Source: a virus (taxonomy: Duplodnaviria; Caudoviricetes). Taken from it: a DNA stretch of 64,000 nucleotides. The position numbers and the translations under genes are program-made. Shown one piece after another: positions 21,888 through 30,572 of this stretch. Numbering within the stretch: position 1 is the first letter of the stretch; each line of letters starts with the position of its first letter. The notes under the pieces are model-generated. The model did not search any database, was not told where the DNA came from, and was given only the letters and a program-made list of their open reading frames with translations. The DNA is taken from the IMG/VR virus record IMGVR_UViG_3300021400_000134; one strand, given 5' to 3'.

Positions 21888-22165
21888 AGGGGTATGGTGT
21901 AATTGGGAACACTACGGTCTTCAACCGGGAGATGTTAATCCTTAAATTGGTGCGTTGCGGTAGGGATGCCGCAAATGAAGGTGATGATATCGGTGAACCC
22001 TAAACGAAAGCATGGGAATACCGAGGGAACGAAAGGCCCGTAGAGACTAGATAATCACCCGGCTAGAACAGTCGAAGATATAGTCCAGACTACAAACAGA
22101 AATGGTGGCGAAAGTCATAGTAGTACGCAACACCGTCTATTCAGGTTCGAACCCTGATACCCCTG
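21888..22165 (+). tRNA. Opal (UGA)-decoding tRNA-Trp, anticodon UCA, interrupted by a group I intron (exons 21888-21921 and 22128-22165)
   Basis: Acceptor AGGGGTA/TACCCCT + G73; D-arm GTGT/ACAC; anticodon stem ACGGT/ACCGT; spliced loop CT-TCA-AC; T-arm TCAGG-TTCGAAC-CCTGA; 4-nt variable loop; CCA not encoded. Confidence 0.9.
21922..22127 (+). ncRNA. Group I self-splicing intron (206 nt, no ORF) inserted between U34 and C35
   Basis: 5' exon ends in U paired U.G in P1 (GUCUU/GAGAU); P3 GGTGAT/ATCACC; P4 TCGGT/ACCGA; core GTAGAGACTA and AAGATATAGTCC; GNRA-capped P2 and P9; terminal G. Confidence 0.9.
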
Positions 22166-22190
22166 CTTAAGCAAAATAAGGAGTGTACAA

Positions 22191-22583
22191 ATGTTTAATC
22201 TAGAAGATATGTCAATAGATGAATTAGCAAATTTGCAAAATCAATGTTCTAGTATTTTAAGTCAAAAAATAAAAGAAGAAAAAGATAATGAATTACATAG
22301 TATTAAAGAAAAATATGAAGGTAAGTATATTATTTTACATGGCACCCTTTATCATATAAAAGAAATTAATAACCGTTATAATTATGATTGCTCAAAAGCA
22401 GAATGTTCACATTCTCATTGGAGAGGTACTGATACGTATCTTATAAAAATTGGCGAAGGTGCCGATTTGTTAAAGATTGATACAGAAGGTAATTATCCAA
22501 TAGAACAAGGTGTCCTTACAACTGCGGAAGAAGCAGAAGATTTTTTAAACGAAATGTTTAAAGAAATTAAGGAAAAATTCTAG
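22191..22583 (+). CDS. Hypothetical protein
   Basis: 130-aa ORF with AAGGAG RBS. Confidence 0.6.
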   Translation: MFNLEDMSIDELANLQNQCSSILSQKIKEEKDNELHSIKEKYEGKYIILHGTLYHIKEINNRYNYDCSKAECSHSHWRGTDTYLIKIGEGADLLKIDTEGNYPIEQGVLTTAEEAEDFLNEMFKEIKEKF

Positions 22584-22591
22584 GAGGGATT

Positions 22592-23005
22592 ATGACAGCA
22601 CAAATGTTACAAGAAATTTTCTTTACTGTGTTAATTCCATTAGTTGGTATCTTGTGTACTTATGGAATTGCATTTTTAAGAAAAAAGACACATGAGATTC
22701 AGGTACAGGTAAATAGTGAACTATTCACTAAATATTCAGAAATGCTAATTGGATTAGTTGAAACTTGTGTTATTGCTACAAATCAAACTTATGTTGATGA
22801 ATTAAAAGCACAGGGCAGATTTGGTCCAGAAGAGCATGATATTGCATATCATAAAACATTCGATGCGGTAAAGGCATTAATGACAGAAGAAATGCAAAAA
22901 GTTCTTGGAGAAGTTTATAAAGATATTGATTTCTATATCTCACAGCTTATTCAGGAACAGGTTAATACGGCTAAACTTGTAAAGGTCGCAAGTCAAAATG
23001 GGTAA
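22592..23005 (+). CDS. LL-H-family holin-like membrane protein
   Basis: N-terminal TM; VIATNQTYVDELKAQGRF; LIQEQVN. Confidence 0.6.
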   Translation: MTAQMLQEIFFTVLIPLVGILCTYGIAFLRKKTHEIQVQVNSELFTKYSEMLIGLVETCVIATNQTYVDELKAQGRFGPEEHDIAYHKTFDAVKALMTEEMQKVLGEVYKDIDFYISQLIQEQVNTAKLVKVASQNG

Positions 23006-23050
23006 AAAAAATAAGGAGAATGATTAATTTTCATTCTCCTTATTTTTTTT
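23004..23050. terminator. Bidirectional terminator at the strand convergence
   Basis: Perfect 20-bp inverted repeat AAAAAAAATAAGGAGAATGA / TCATTCTCCTTATTTTTTTT. Confidence 0.85.
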
Positions 23051-23626
23051 GTTTTCATGTGCTCGCATATCTTTTGAGGTAACATGTAGTTCGAAATCTT
23101 CGAAATCATCTTCAAGGTCATTATTAATAGGCAAAGCTAATGTTTTATTATAATATAAATCACCTTGGCTATTACCACCTAATGCATTATAAATTTTGTG
23201 TAGTTCTGAAAGTTGATCAAACTGATTCTGTGTCATAGAACCTTGGCTTAAATACTTTTTGCAAGCGTTAATGAGCTGATATCTGTAGAACAAAAGATTT
23301 TGTTCTCTTAGAAGTAAGAAATCTTTTTCAACATTTCCCAAATGCTCAACCGCCTCTCAATATTTCTTTTGCCAATAGTCGAAAGTAGATTTAGCCTCTA
23401 ATTGAAATTCATTCATAGAAACAGTAATTTCTTTTCTAAAGGCATCACTGGATTCTTTGATAATACTTTCCATGGTATCTCTCAATTTCTGTTCGTCGTA
23501 GCTCTTAGCCTTTTCAGTAGTTTGCTCACCTTTCTTTACAAGGGAATCTCATAAATATTTGATAAGAAAACCACCAACAGCGACCAGTATATAACTCAAT
23601 AGTGCATCCGCGCTTATTGTCATCAT
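23024..23626 (-). CDS. Membrane-anchored lysis-associated/holin-like protein (two TGA=Trp)
   Basis: GGAGG RBS; TM LLSYILVAVGGFLIKYL(W); C-terminal HKIYNALGGNSQGD motif common in Firmicutes phage lysis regions. Confidence 0.6.
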
Positions 23627-23681
23627 AATTCATCCCCCTCCTGTTGTCTTATAAATTAAAAAAGGTATTAGATACCTTTTT

Positions 23682-24191
23682 TTAATTTGACCAATCAAAG
23701 CCTTCTTCTTTTACAATTGCGGAACTACCCTTGCCGCACACATGAGTCCCGATGCATATAGCATCGCATTCATCTTGTGTCGCTTTAACATTATATGTAT
23801 TGATAACAAATTGTTGAGCATTTCGCTTTTGGTCGGGTCGGCTACGACCCCTAATTTTTAATGTTGATTTCCAAGTTGAAGAAGGCACTATGACAAAATT
23901 TTTATTAAGCTCTACAGCAGTCTCAAGAACTACACCAAATACATTTGCTAATATTTTAAAGGTTTTCACATTGTTTCCAACTGAAGATTGCAGTTGTATA
24001 TCTTCAAAGGCAATTGTATCTATTTCTCACTCTTGGACTTTTGCGATAATAAAGTTTCTAATTTCTACTAATCTTTCGCCAACTTCTTCTTGATTAGTAG
24101 TTAAATGACCTCATTGTTTTAATTCCCCGTTTATAAAGACCGCTCATCCTGATACGCGACTGGCCTGGTCTAATGCCAATATATTACTCAT
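23682..24191 (-). CDS. ruvC: RuvC-like Holliday junction resolvase (three TGA=Trp)
   Basis: ILALDQASRVSG(W)AVF...IAFEDIQ...QDECDAICIG; the catalytic N-terminus exists only with TGA read-through. Confidence 0.8.
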
Positions 24192-24531
24192 CTATTAAAC
24201 CTAATAGACCTTCGTCATACAAGAACTCTTCAAAATCATCCCAGAGTTCTAACCTATCTTTAAACCCATCAGGGCAACAATAATTATCAAGGTATTCGGC
24301 GATTGTTCCAAAATTACCATCATCACCTAAACGATATTTCATCATTATATTGGTTAGTGCGTTTTGCGCATAAATATAACCCTGGTCTTGTTCTGTTAGA
24401 ATACCATGACCCCAGTCTTTAGTTTTCAGACGTTGAACCAAAGCCGCCTGTGCGGGCGTTAGTTGCTGCGTCTCCTTCGACTTTTTCATATTTCTTAATA
24501 ATGCCCTGGCCAATTTTATCGCCAGCCTCAA
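24184..24531 (-). CDS. Hypothetical protein (true start probably downstream, near the end of dut)
   Basis: ORF track; 5' part overlaps dut. Confidence 0.4.
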   Translation of the reverse strand: MRLAIKLARALLRNMKKSKETQQLTPAQAALVQRLKTKDWGHGILTEQDQGYIYAQNALTNIMMKYRLGDDGNFGTIAEYLDNYCCPDGFKDRLELWDDFEEFLYDEGLLGLIDE

Positions 24532-24964
24532 TTACAATGTCTACTGGTGAGAGATTAATAACTTGGAAGAAAATCTCACCTTCATTATCAGGATTGTTGT
24601 AATAATCCCCATCAATAATACCAACACCATTAGCAAGAATAATCCAATCATTTAATGGCGTTGAACTACGAACAGAAATCTCAAGATAACAACCTTCATC
24701 CAACTGACATTTAATGCCTGTTGGAATTAGAGTAGGCTGTAGTTTAGTTGTTTTTACAATATTCTTAAGTTCACTAAGCGGATAGGGAATTTTTGGGGCT
24801 ACATAATCAGAAAGGGCCTCCATAATATTTTTATATGCGGGGACTACAATGGTCTTAGCTGCGGCGAAATCATATCCAGCACTATGTGCTGTAGCACGAA
24901 CTGGAAGATTTACCGCACACTTATCACCATCAATATAAGAACTTACTACTTCAAACTTGCTCAT
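24419..24964 (-). CDS. dut: dUTPase (trimeric)
   Basis: SAGYD, IPTGI, RSS, GIIDGDYY, RTGGFGST motifs. Confidence 0.95.
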   Translation of the reverse strand: MSKFEVVSSYIDGDKCAVNLPVRATAHSAGYDFAAAKTIVVPAYKNIMEALSDYVAPKIPYPLSELKNIVKTTKLQPTLIPTGIKCQLDEGCYLEISVRSSTPLNDWIILANGVGIIDGDYYNNPDNEGEIFFQVINLSPVDIVIEAGDKIGQGIIKKYEKVEGDAATNARTGGFGSTSEN

Positions 24965-24974
24965 TTAATTCTCC

Positions 24975-25229
24975 TTAAATATCATAATCTACATCATATT
25001 CAACTTTAATATGCTGACTTGGTTCTTTAATATTGTTAAAGTTCTTTGTAAGGATAACCTTGAAATAAGAATCAACAATTTCACCCTTACTTGTTCTTTC
25101 TTTGTATTCAGAACTATATTTGCCAAGTTCAAACATTGAGGAGCTCTTGGCTTCTTCAATCAATTTTTTGGCTTCATCATCTGTGTCAACGCGATATGTT
25201 TCTACTGTGCTTACTAAAAACTTACTCAT
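24975..25229 (-). CDS. Hypothetical protein
   Basis: ORF in translationally coupled operon. Confidence 0.6.
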   Translation of the reverse strand: MSKFLVSTVETYRVDTDDEAKKLIEEAKSSSMFELGKYSSEYKERTSKGEIVDSYFKVILTKNFNNIKEPSQHIKVEYDVDYDI

Positions 25230-25486
25230 TAAATATTTACCTCAATCTTTCTATTATATCTTGCTACACTTTCTTTTTCAATTCTGTTTTTTAGTGGAAG
25301 CGTATATTGTCTAAGACCACCTAATTTTACCTGGCCTACATTATATTTATCACAGCAGGTTGTAATAAAATGGTCTAAATTGTCATAAGTTGATTTACCT
25401 AAAATTTGATTTGTACCATCATCTTTCATTAGATAAACTGTCTGTTCATAGTCAAAAATATTTACACCACAAGTAATTATTGACAT
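25229..25486 (-). CDS. Hypothetical protein
   Basis: ORF in coupled operon. Confidence 0.6.
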   Translation of the reverse strand: MSIITCGVNIFDYEQTVYLMKDDGTNQILGKSTYDNLDHFITTCCDKYNVGQVKLGGLRQYTLPLKNRIEKESVARYNRKIEVNI

Positions 25487-25986
25487 TTTATCACTCCTCC
25501 ATCATAATTAAATAAATAATAAACATAAGAATTATTGTCTTCTGTAATCCAGAATTCAATACCGCCATCTACTTTTGAAATATCTTGAATTTCGCCTTGA
25601 CTTTCTAAGCATTCAATTACTTCATCTTCAATAGCGGGGTATTCAAAATCCGTCCCAGTAGCATGACCTATGCTAAACAAAGTATAATATTTACGTTCAT
25701 TACTTAATAACATAAAATAATGGGCATGCGGAAAATCATCAACATAATCACTAATTGTTTGTTTAGCGGCTTCGATAGCGTCGGTCGGCATGGCTGGAAC
25801 CGCAGCCATCGCACTTTGATTAAGTTCATATAGAGAAACATTTACTCCTGTTGGATTTTTATAAACATTCCAATTTTCACCATCCCACTTATACAAGGTT
25901 CTTGTTTCTTCAACCAGGGCTAATTCATCTATTTTATTATTCGTCTTTAACTTCATTAAAGTCTTTAAGTCTTTTATTTTTAGCAT
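25477..25986 (-). CDS. Hypothetical protein
   Basis: 169-aa ORF with GAGG RBS downstream of a TTGCAA-17-TATAAT promoter (26032-26004). Confidence 0.65.
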   Translation of the reverse strand: MLKIKDLKTLMKLKTNNKIDELALVEETRTLYKWDGENWNVYKNPTGVNVSLYELNQSAMAAVPAMPTDAIEAAKQTISDYVDDFPHAHYFMLLSNERKYYTLFSIGHATGTDFEYPAIEDEVIECLESQGEIQDISKVDGGIEFWITEDNNSYVYYLFNYDGGVIKCQ

Positions 25987-26208
25987 AATTACCTCATATA
26001 ATTATTATATCATAAAAATAAAAAAATTGCAAGGAATATATTATAATATTCCTTGCAAAAAATTTGTAATCCAATAGAGCATTACAATGAACCAATAAAC
26101 TGCCAAGACTTCATTTTCTTCTCCGTGCTGATAAACACAAAGGCACAAAGAGAAAATTGCTAAAATAATTTTAAGAATATCTACCATAATTTTTATTATA
26201 CCAAAAAA

Positions 26209-26448
26209 TTAATTTATTGTAAAGACAATATCGCTATCAATATGTGCATTGCGATATTTTCAAACAATCTCATATGACTCAGCATATGGGCCTTCAATTC
26301 AAACTACTCTTAAATCCCTTTCGTTGTATAACCAAAAAAGAGTATTGGGAACATCTTTTAAATATACCCAATACTCTTCTCCATCATTATCACGTCTGAT
26401 TAACTGTTTTTCACGAAAGGGGTCTATGGAGCATGTTCATATGTCCAT
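26209..26448 (-). CDS. Hypothetical protein (79 aa; three TGA=Trp, first at codon 4)
   Basis: GGAGG RBS; MDI(W)TCSIDPF...; fills an otherwise empty gap; missed by ORF track. Confidence 0.65.
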
Positions 26449-26462
26449 AATTAATCCTCCCC

Positions 26463-26948
26463 TTAGAAATCTTTTCCTCTATATAGAATGCGCTGATTGC
26501 GGCTTCCGCGCAATGGAAGCGTTATATCTCGCTGCTCTGCGATATAAGGGCCGTCAATAAGAACATCAATCAATTCCAATGTTCCTTCAACAACAAACTT
26601 ATATGCACTGTTTTCTAAATTTTCTAAAACATATCCAGTCCAAACAAATGTTTTTATTTGAGGGAAAGTTTCTTTTACATGTTCTAATATTTTTCTTGTT
26701 AAAAAGATATTTTCTATACAAAGTGGTTCACCACCTAAAATTGAAAAATTTCTTTGTATGCCGTTTGCGGCAATTGCACTATCAATCTGTTCTAAATAGT
26801 CTTTTGGAAGTTCTTGACCTCCATCAAAATCCCAGGTCTCTGGATTATGACAACCGGGGCATCTATGCGGACAACCCTGGGTCCAAAATGAAACGCAGAC
26901 GCCATTTCCATCAGTGAAATCATTCTTAATTAAACCAGCATAGCGCAT
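26463..26948 (-). CDS. nrdG: Anaerobic RNR activating radical-SAM protein
   Basis: GCPHRCPGCHNPETW, GGEP, LIDGPY, LRGSRNQR. Confidence 0.95.
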   Translation of the reverse strand: MRYAGLIKNDFTDGNGVCVSFWTQGCPHRCPGCHNPETWDFDGGQELPKDYLEQIDSAIAANGIQRNFSILGGEPLCIENIFLTRKILEHVKETFPQIKTFVWTGYVLENLENSAYKFVVEGTLELIDVLIDGPYIAEQRDITLPLRGSRNQRILYRGKDF

Positions 26949-26950
26949 TA

Positions 26951-27625
26951 TTAATAGTACCTCCAAAAAAATCCATGAGTTGATTTTAATTTTCCTTTAC
27001 AGACTTTAATAATTGTAGAACTATCTGCTCCCGTTTCCCTACTCGCTTCTGCCGCACTTTTAAAGATATTAATAACTAACCCTGTTGTTTTATCTATTTG
27101 GGCTATTTTAATACCTCCTCCTTGATTGGAATCATAAGGCAGAATAGGAGTTGAATCATCATGATATTTAATTTGATATCCTTGAAAAGATTTTCTATAA
27201 CCTTGAAGTACTTGATAGGCCTGCTCTCTTGTAGCGTGCAAATCTTCAGCCATTTCGGTTACACTAGGATAGCTCTTTACAAAATTACCACTAAAATCAA
27301 AACAATCAACTTGACGACCTAAGTATTCACGTCTTCCGCCACCAGTGCTGGCATTATATCCTTTTTTATAAGATTCAAGCTTGTTAATCCAATATATTTC
27401 TCGTTCATTAAGAAGTTCTTTAGGGCATTCTTCTATTACGGTATACTCAAAATTATCTATCCCATATTTAGCCATCGCTAAATGTATTGGCATTTTAAAA
27501 TCTTTGCTTTCTGGGTGCATAGCTGAAAACTTATGTCCACGAAATCTAGCCTTTATGTCTTTGCTTTGTCCTATATAAATTTTATTATTTTTAAGATTTT
27601 TTATTTGATAAATACCGCATATCAT
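26951..27625 (-). mobile_element. Free-standing GIY-YIG homing endonuclease with NUMOD1-like repeats, between nrdD and nrdG
   Basis: CGIYQIKNLKNNKIYIGQS, EREIYWI, GYNASTGG; no TGA codons. Confidence 0.9.
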
Positions 27626-27629
27626 AAAA

Positions 27630-29912
27630 TTAACGCCTCCAATTATTAAGTTCTTTAGAGTGTTTATATCTCATTTCGGTTTCTTGGATTTTACCCTTAT
27701 TAAAAGCGGTTTTATAATTTCCTGTTAAATAACCAGTAACCCTTCTTAATCTTTGAATGTTATGACCCCCACACATAGGACAGGTATCATTTAATTCATC
27801 AGTATATCCGCAATCAAGACAGGTATCTACTGGAATATTCAAGGCAAAATAAGGTATATCTTTATCCATAGCATAGTTCACGATTTGTTCTAAAGCATCA
27901 AGGTTATTTTTAACACTTGACTCTAATTCAACATATGTAATGCAACCCGCATTTGAATATCCGGTTAATTGAGACTCAATATCAATTTTCTCGAACGGGT
28001 CCATCTGTTTCCAGACTGGAACGTGAATACTATTTGTGAAATATTCGTTTTCAGAAACATCTCGAATTACGCCATATTTTTTCTTAAATGCTTTCATGGC
28101 AGTATGACATAGATTTTCCGCAGGTGTGTAGTAAACACCAAAGTTTAAGTGTTCTTCTTGCTTGAACTGAGCGCAGCGGTCTTTGTATAACTGTTCAATG
28201 CGTTTTGCCAATTCCATACCTTTTGGTTCTGTGTGATCACAACCAATAAGGATTTGGAGAGTTTCTGCCATACCAAGTTGACCAATTACAAGAGTTCCAT
28301 GCTTTAATGCACTTCTAACGCCTTCTTCTGGCTTATATCCAAGCATTGTACCATTCTCATACATAAACTGGGCAGATGCAGGAGACTGAGAGCACATCCA
28401 TTCATAACGCTCTAAAAGCATGTCTCTTGCTTCATGAAGTTTAGTATCTAATAAATCCATGAACTCTTCAACAACATCATATTCAGATTCTTCACTGTTG
28501 GAAAGTTTAGCGAATGTTTCAACCTTTTCTTTTGCTTCCATTGCTAAGAAAGGAAGTAGAATTGTAACTGGTGCTAAATTACCACGACCATCTTTTGTTT
28601 GCGGATTTGTGCCAGGTTCAGCATTGATATCACTACCATTATAAGTGCGGCATCCCATCGTGCTAACATATGTATTTGGGTCATTGCGGTCATATCCCGC
28701 ATTTGTGCTCCAATCTACATTAACATAGTTTGGATATAATCTTTGTGCGGTTGATTTTAATGCTAACTTAAACAAATCATAGTTAGGGTCACCAGGAGCA
28801 CGATTAACACCTTTCATGCACTGGAAAATTCCACAGGGGAAAATAGATGTTTTATGCAATTTACCAAGGCCTTCAATAGAAACATTTAAAATTTCTTCTG
28901 TAATCATTCTTCCTTCTGGAAGTGTACATGTACCATAATTAATTGAGGTAAAAGGCAACTGGTTTCCAGAACGAGATTGAAGAGTATTCAAGTTATGATA
29001 CATGCCTTCAACCGCTTGATGAATTTCTTTTTTAGTCATTTCTAACGCATAATTATATACTTTTTCACCATACATTTTTGCCGAAATACTATCAATTGGA
29101 AAATTTGCTTTTTTATCTAATTCAAAAGATTTAAATTTTTCAGAATCAAAATTTTCTATATATTTAAGGCCATCCTCAAGGTGTTTCCAAAAGGACTTTC
29201 TTACATATGGTACCATAGTCCAGTCAATATGACTTGCGCTAACACCACCAAACTGCTGTAAAGATTGAAGCTGGAAAATTACTGCAACAAGCTGGAATGC
29301 TGTATTTACTGAATTGGCCGGACGCACATCTGTCTGACGAGTATTAAATCCAGTAGCAAGTAATTTGTCAAAAGGGATTGTTAGACAGTTATGCATACCA
29401 ACAGCATATGAGTCTAAATCATGAATATAGATATAGTGATTAAGATGATTGTTGCGAGACATTTCTGACATACAATAATCAAGTGCGAACTTTTTAGTTA
29501 ATGCTCTATTGGCTTCACCCATGCGGCCACCAAAGGAATGTTCGTCTACATTGGCGTTTTGATTTTGAACGTCACTGGCATCAAGTTTACGAGCAACCTC
29601 TTTCATAAATTGTGTGTTATGTTCTCTTACCCTTGTGCGCTCATAGCGATACTGAATGTAGGCTCTAGCAACATCTTTGCGGCGACAGCTCATTAGACCC
29701 TGCTCTACCAAATCTTGGATTTCCTCAACGGTAAGTTCATGGTCGCTTTTACTTGCCTGTGAATTAACATAAGTGGCGATATTATCTGCTTTGGCTTTTG
29801 CATATTCATCAATTTTGCCATCGACGTCTTCAAAAGCAGCTAAAACCGCATTCTCAATTTTTGTTCTGTCAAATTCAACAACAGAACCATCTCGTTTGAT
29901 GATTAATAACAT
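27630..29912 (-). CDS. nrdD: Anaerobic (class III) ribonucleoside-triphosphate reductase with ATP cone
   Basis: IIKRDG ATP cone, MGCRT, TPAENLC, CxxC..CxxC, RRVTGYL glycyl-radical motif. Confidence 0.97.
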   Translation of the reverse strand: MLLIIKRDGSVVEFDRTKIENAVLAAFEDVDGKIDEYAKAKADNIATYVNSQASKSDHELTVEEIQDLVEQGLMSCRRKDVARAYIQYRYERTRVREHNTQFMKEVARKLDASDVQNQNANVDEHSFGGRMGEANRALTKKFALDYCMSEMSRNNHLNHYIYIHDLDSYAVGMHNCLTIPFDKLLATGFNTRQTDVRPANSVNTAFQLVAVIFQLQSLQQFGGVSASHIDWTMVPYVRKSFWKHLEDGLKYIENFDSEKFKSFELDKKANFPIDSISAKMYGEKVYNYALEMTKKEIHQAVEGMYHNLNTLQSRSGNQLPFTSINYGTCTLPEGRMITEEILNVSIEGLGKLHKTSIFPCGIFQCMKGVNRAPGDPNYDLFKLALKSTAQRLYPNYVNVDWSTNAGYDRNDPNTYVSTMGCRTYNGSDINAEPGTNPQTKDGRGNLAPVTILLPFLAMEAKEKVETFAKLSNSEESEYDVVEEFMDLLDTKLHEARDMLLERYEWMCSQSPASAQFMYENGTMLGYKPEEGVRSALKHGTLVIGQLGMAETLQILIGCDHTEPKGMELAKRIEQLYKDRCAQFKQEEHLNFGVYYTPAENLCHTAMKAFKKKYGVIRDVSENEYFTNSIHVPVWKQMDPFEKIDIESQLTGYSNAGCITYVELESSVKNNLDALEQIVNYAMDKDIPYFALNIPVDTCLDCGYTDELNDTCPMCGGHNIQRLRRVTGYLTGNYKTAFNKGKIQETEMRYKHSKELNNWRR

Positions 29913-29990
29913 TTTTGTTTCCTCCTAAGTATTTATATATGTTAAGGAGTCACAATGACTCAATTATATATAAGTTTTATAATGTGGTTT

Positions 29991-30572
29991 TTATTTACTT
30001 TTGGCCTCTTCTATAATTTTAGCCAAATCTTCATAGATAAATTCGTCATCATCATATGAGTCAGTAGAATTATTTATAACGGAATAAAATGGAACCTGTT
30101 CACTGATTTTTTCAATTCTGTCTTCATTAAAGTCCTTTTCATCTGTTTTATATCTTCTGAAAATTTCTTCAATATCACTAGCATCTCTCTCTAATTGGCG
30201 AATTAGCCTAAGCGCATCATCTGTTTTTAGATAAATAATAGTTAAGTCAAGCTGCTTATTTTTAATTAACTGTTCAATACCTCTTAGGTTAAAAACTCCA
30301 ATATTAACTTTCTTAGGGTCTAAGTCACTATATCTTGTACCATATCGCCAGCCCCTAAATACACACTGCTCAATAAAATGATTGCTTAGAAACTGACTAT
30401 CTGAAAGAAAATGGTAATTAATATTGGGTCGTTCATTCCAGCGAGCTGGGCGAGTCGTACATGAGACAATCTCATGCAACGACTCGTCGTTATCGCATAT
30501 TTTTCTTAACCAAAAGTCTTTTCCAGAACCAGCTTTTCCAATTAACGCAATTATCTTAATCTTCTTCATCAT
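29991..30572 (-). CDS. gmk: Guanylate kinase-like protein
   Basis: GKAGSGKD, SCTTRPARWNE...YHF, WRYGT. Confidence 0.85.
   Translation of the reverse strand: MMKKIKIIALIGKAGSGKDFWLRKICDNDESLHEIVSCTTRPARWNERPNINYHFLSDSQFLSNHFIEQCVFRGWRYGTRYSDLDPKKVNIGVFNLRGIEQLIKNKQLDLTIIYLKTDDALRLIRQLERDASDIEEIFRRYKTDEKDFNEDRIEKISEQVPFYSVINNSTDSYDDDEFIYEDLAKIIEEAKSK

Noticed and set aside
21888-22165. Selenocysteine tRNA (also anticodon UCA) or tRNA-Leu(CAA)
   Set aside because: The 7-bp acceptor stem, 4-nt variable loop and Trp identity elements exclude tRNA-Sec. A CAA anticodon would need a 6-nt loop, and Leu tRNAs have a long variable arm.
26951-29912. Intron or intein in nrdD (or dnaE) hosting the endonuclease
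   Set aside because: nrdD and dnaE are continuous with no intein motifs noticed; the HEG is free-standing between nrdD and nrdG
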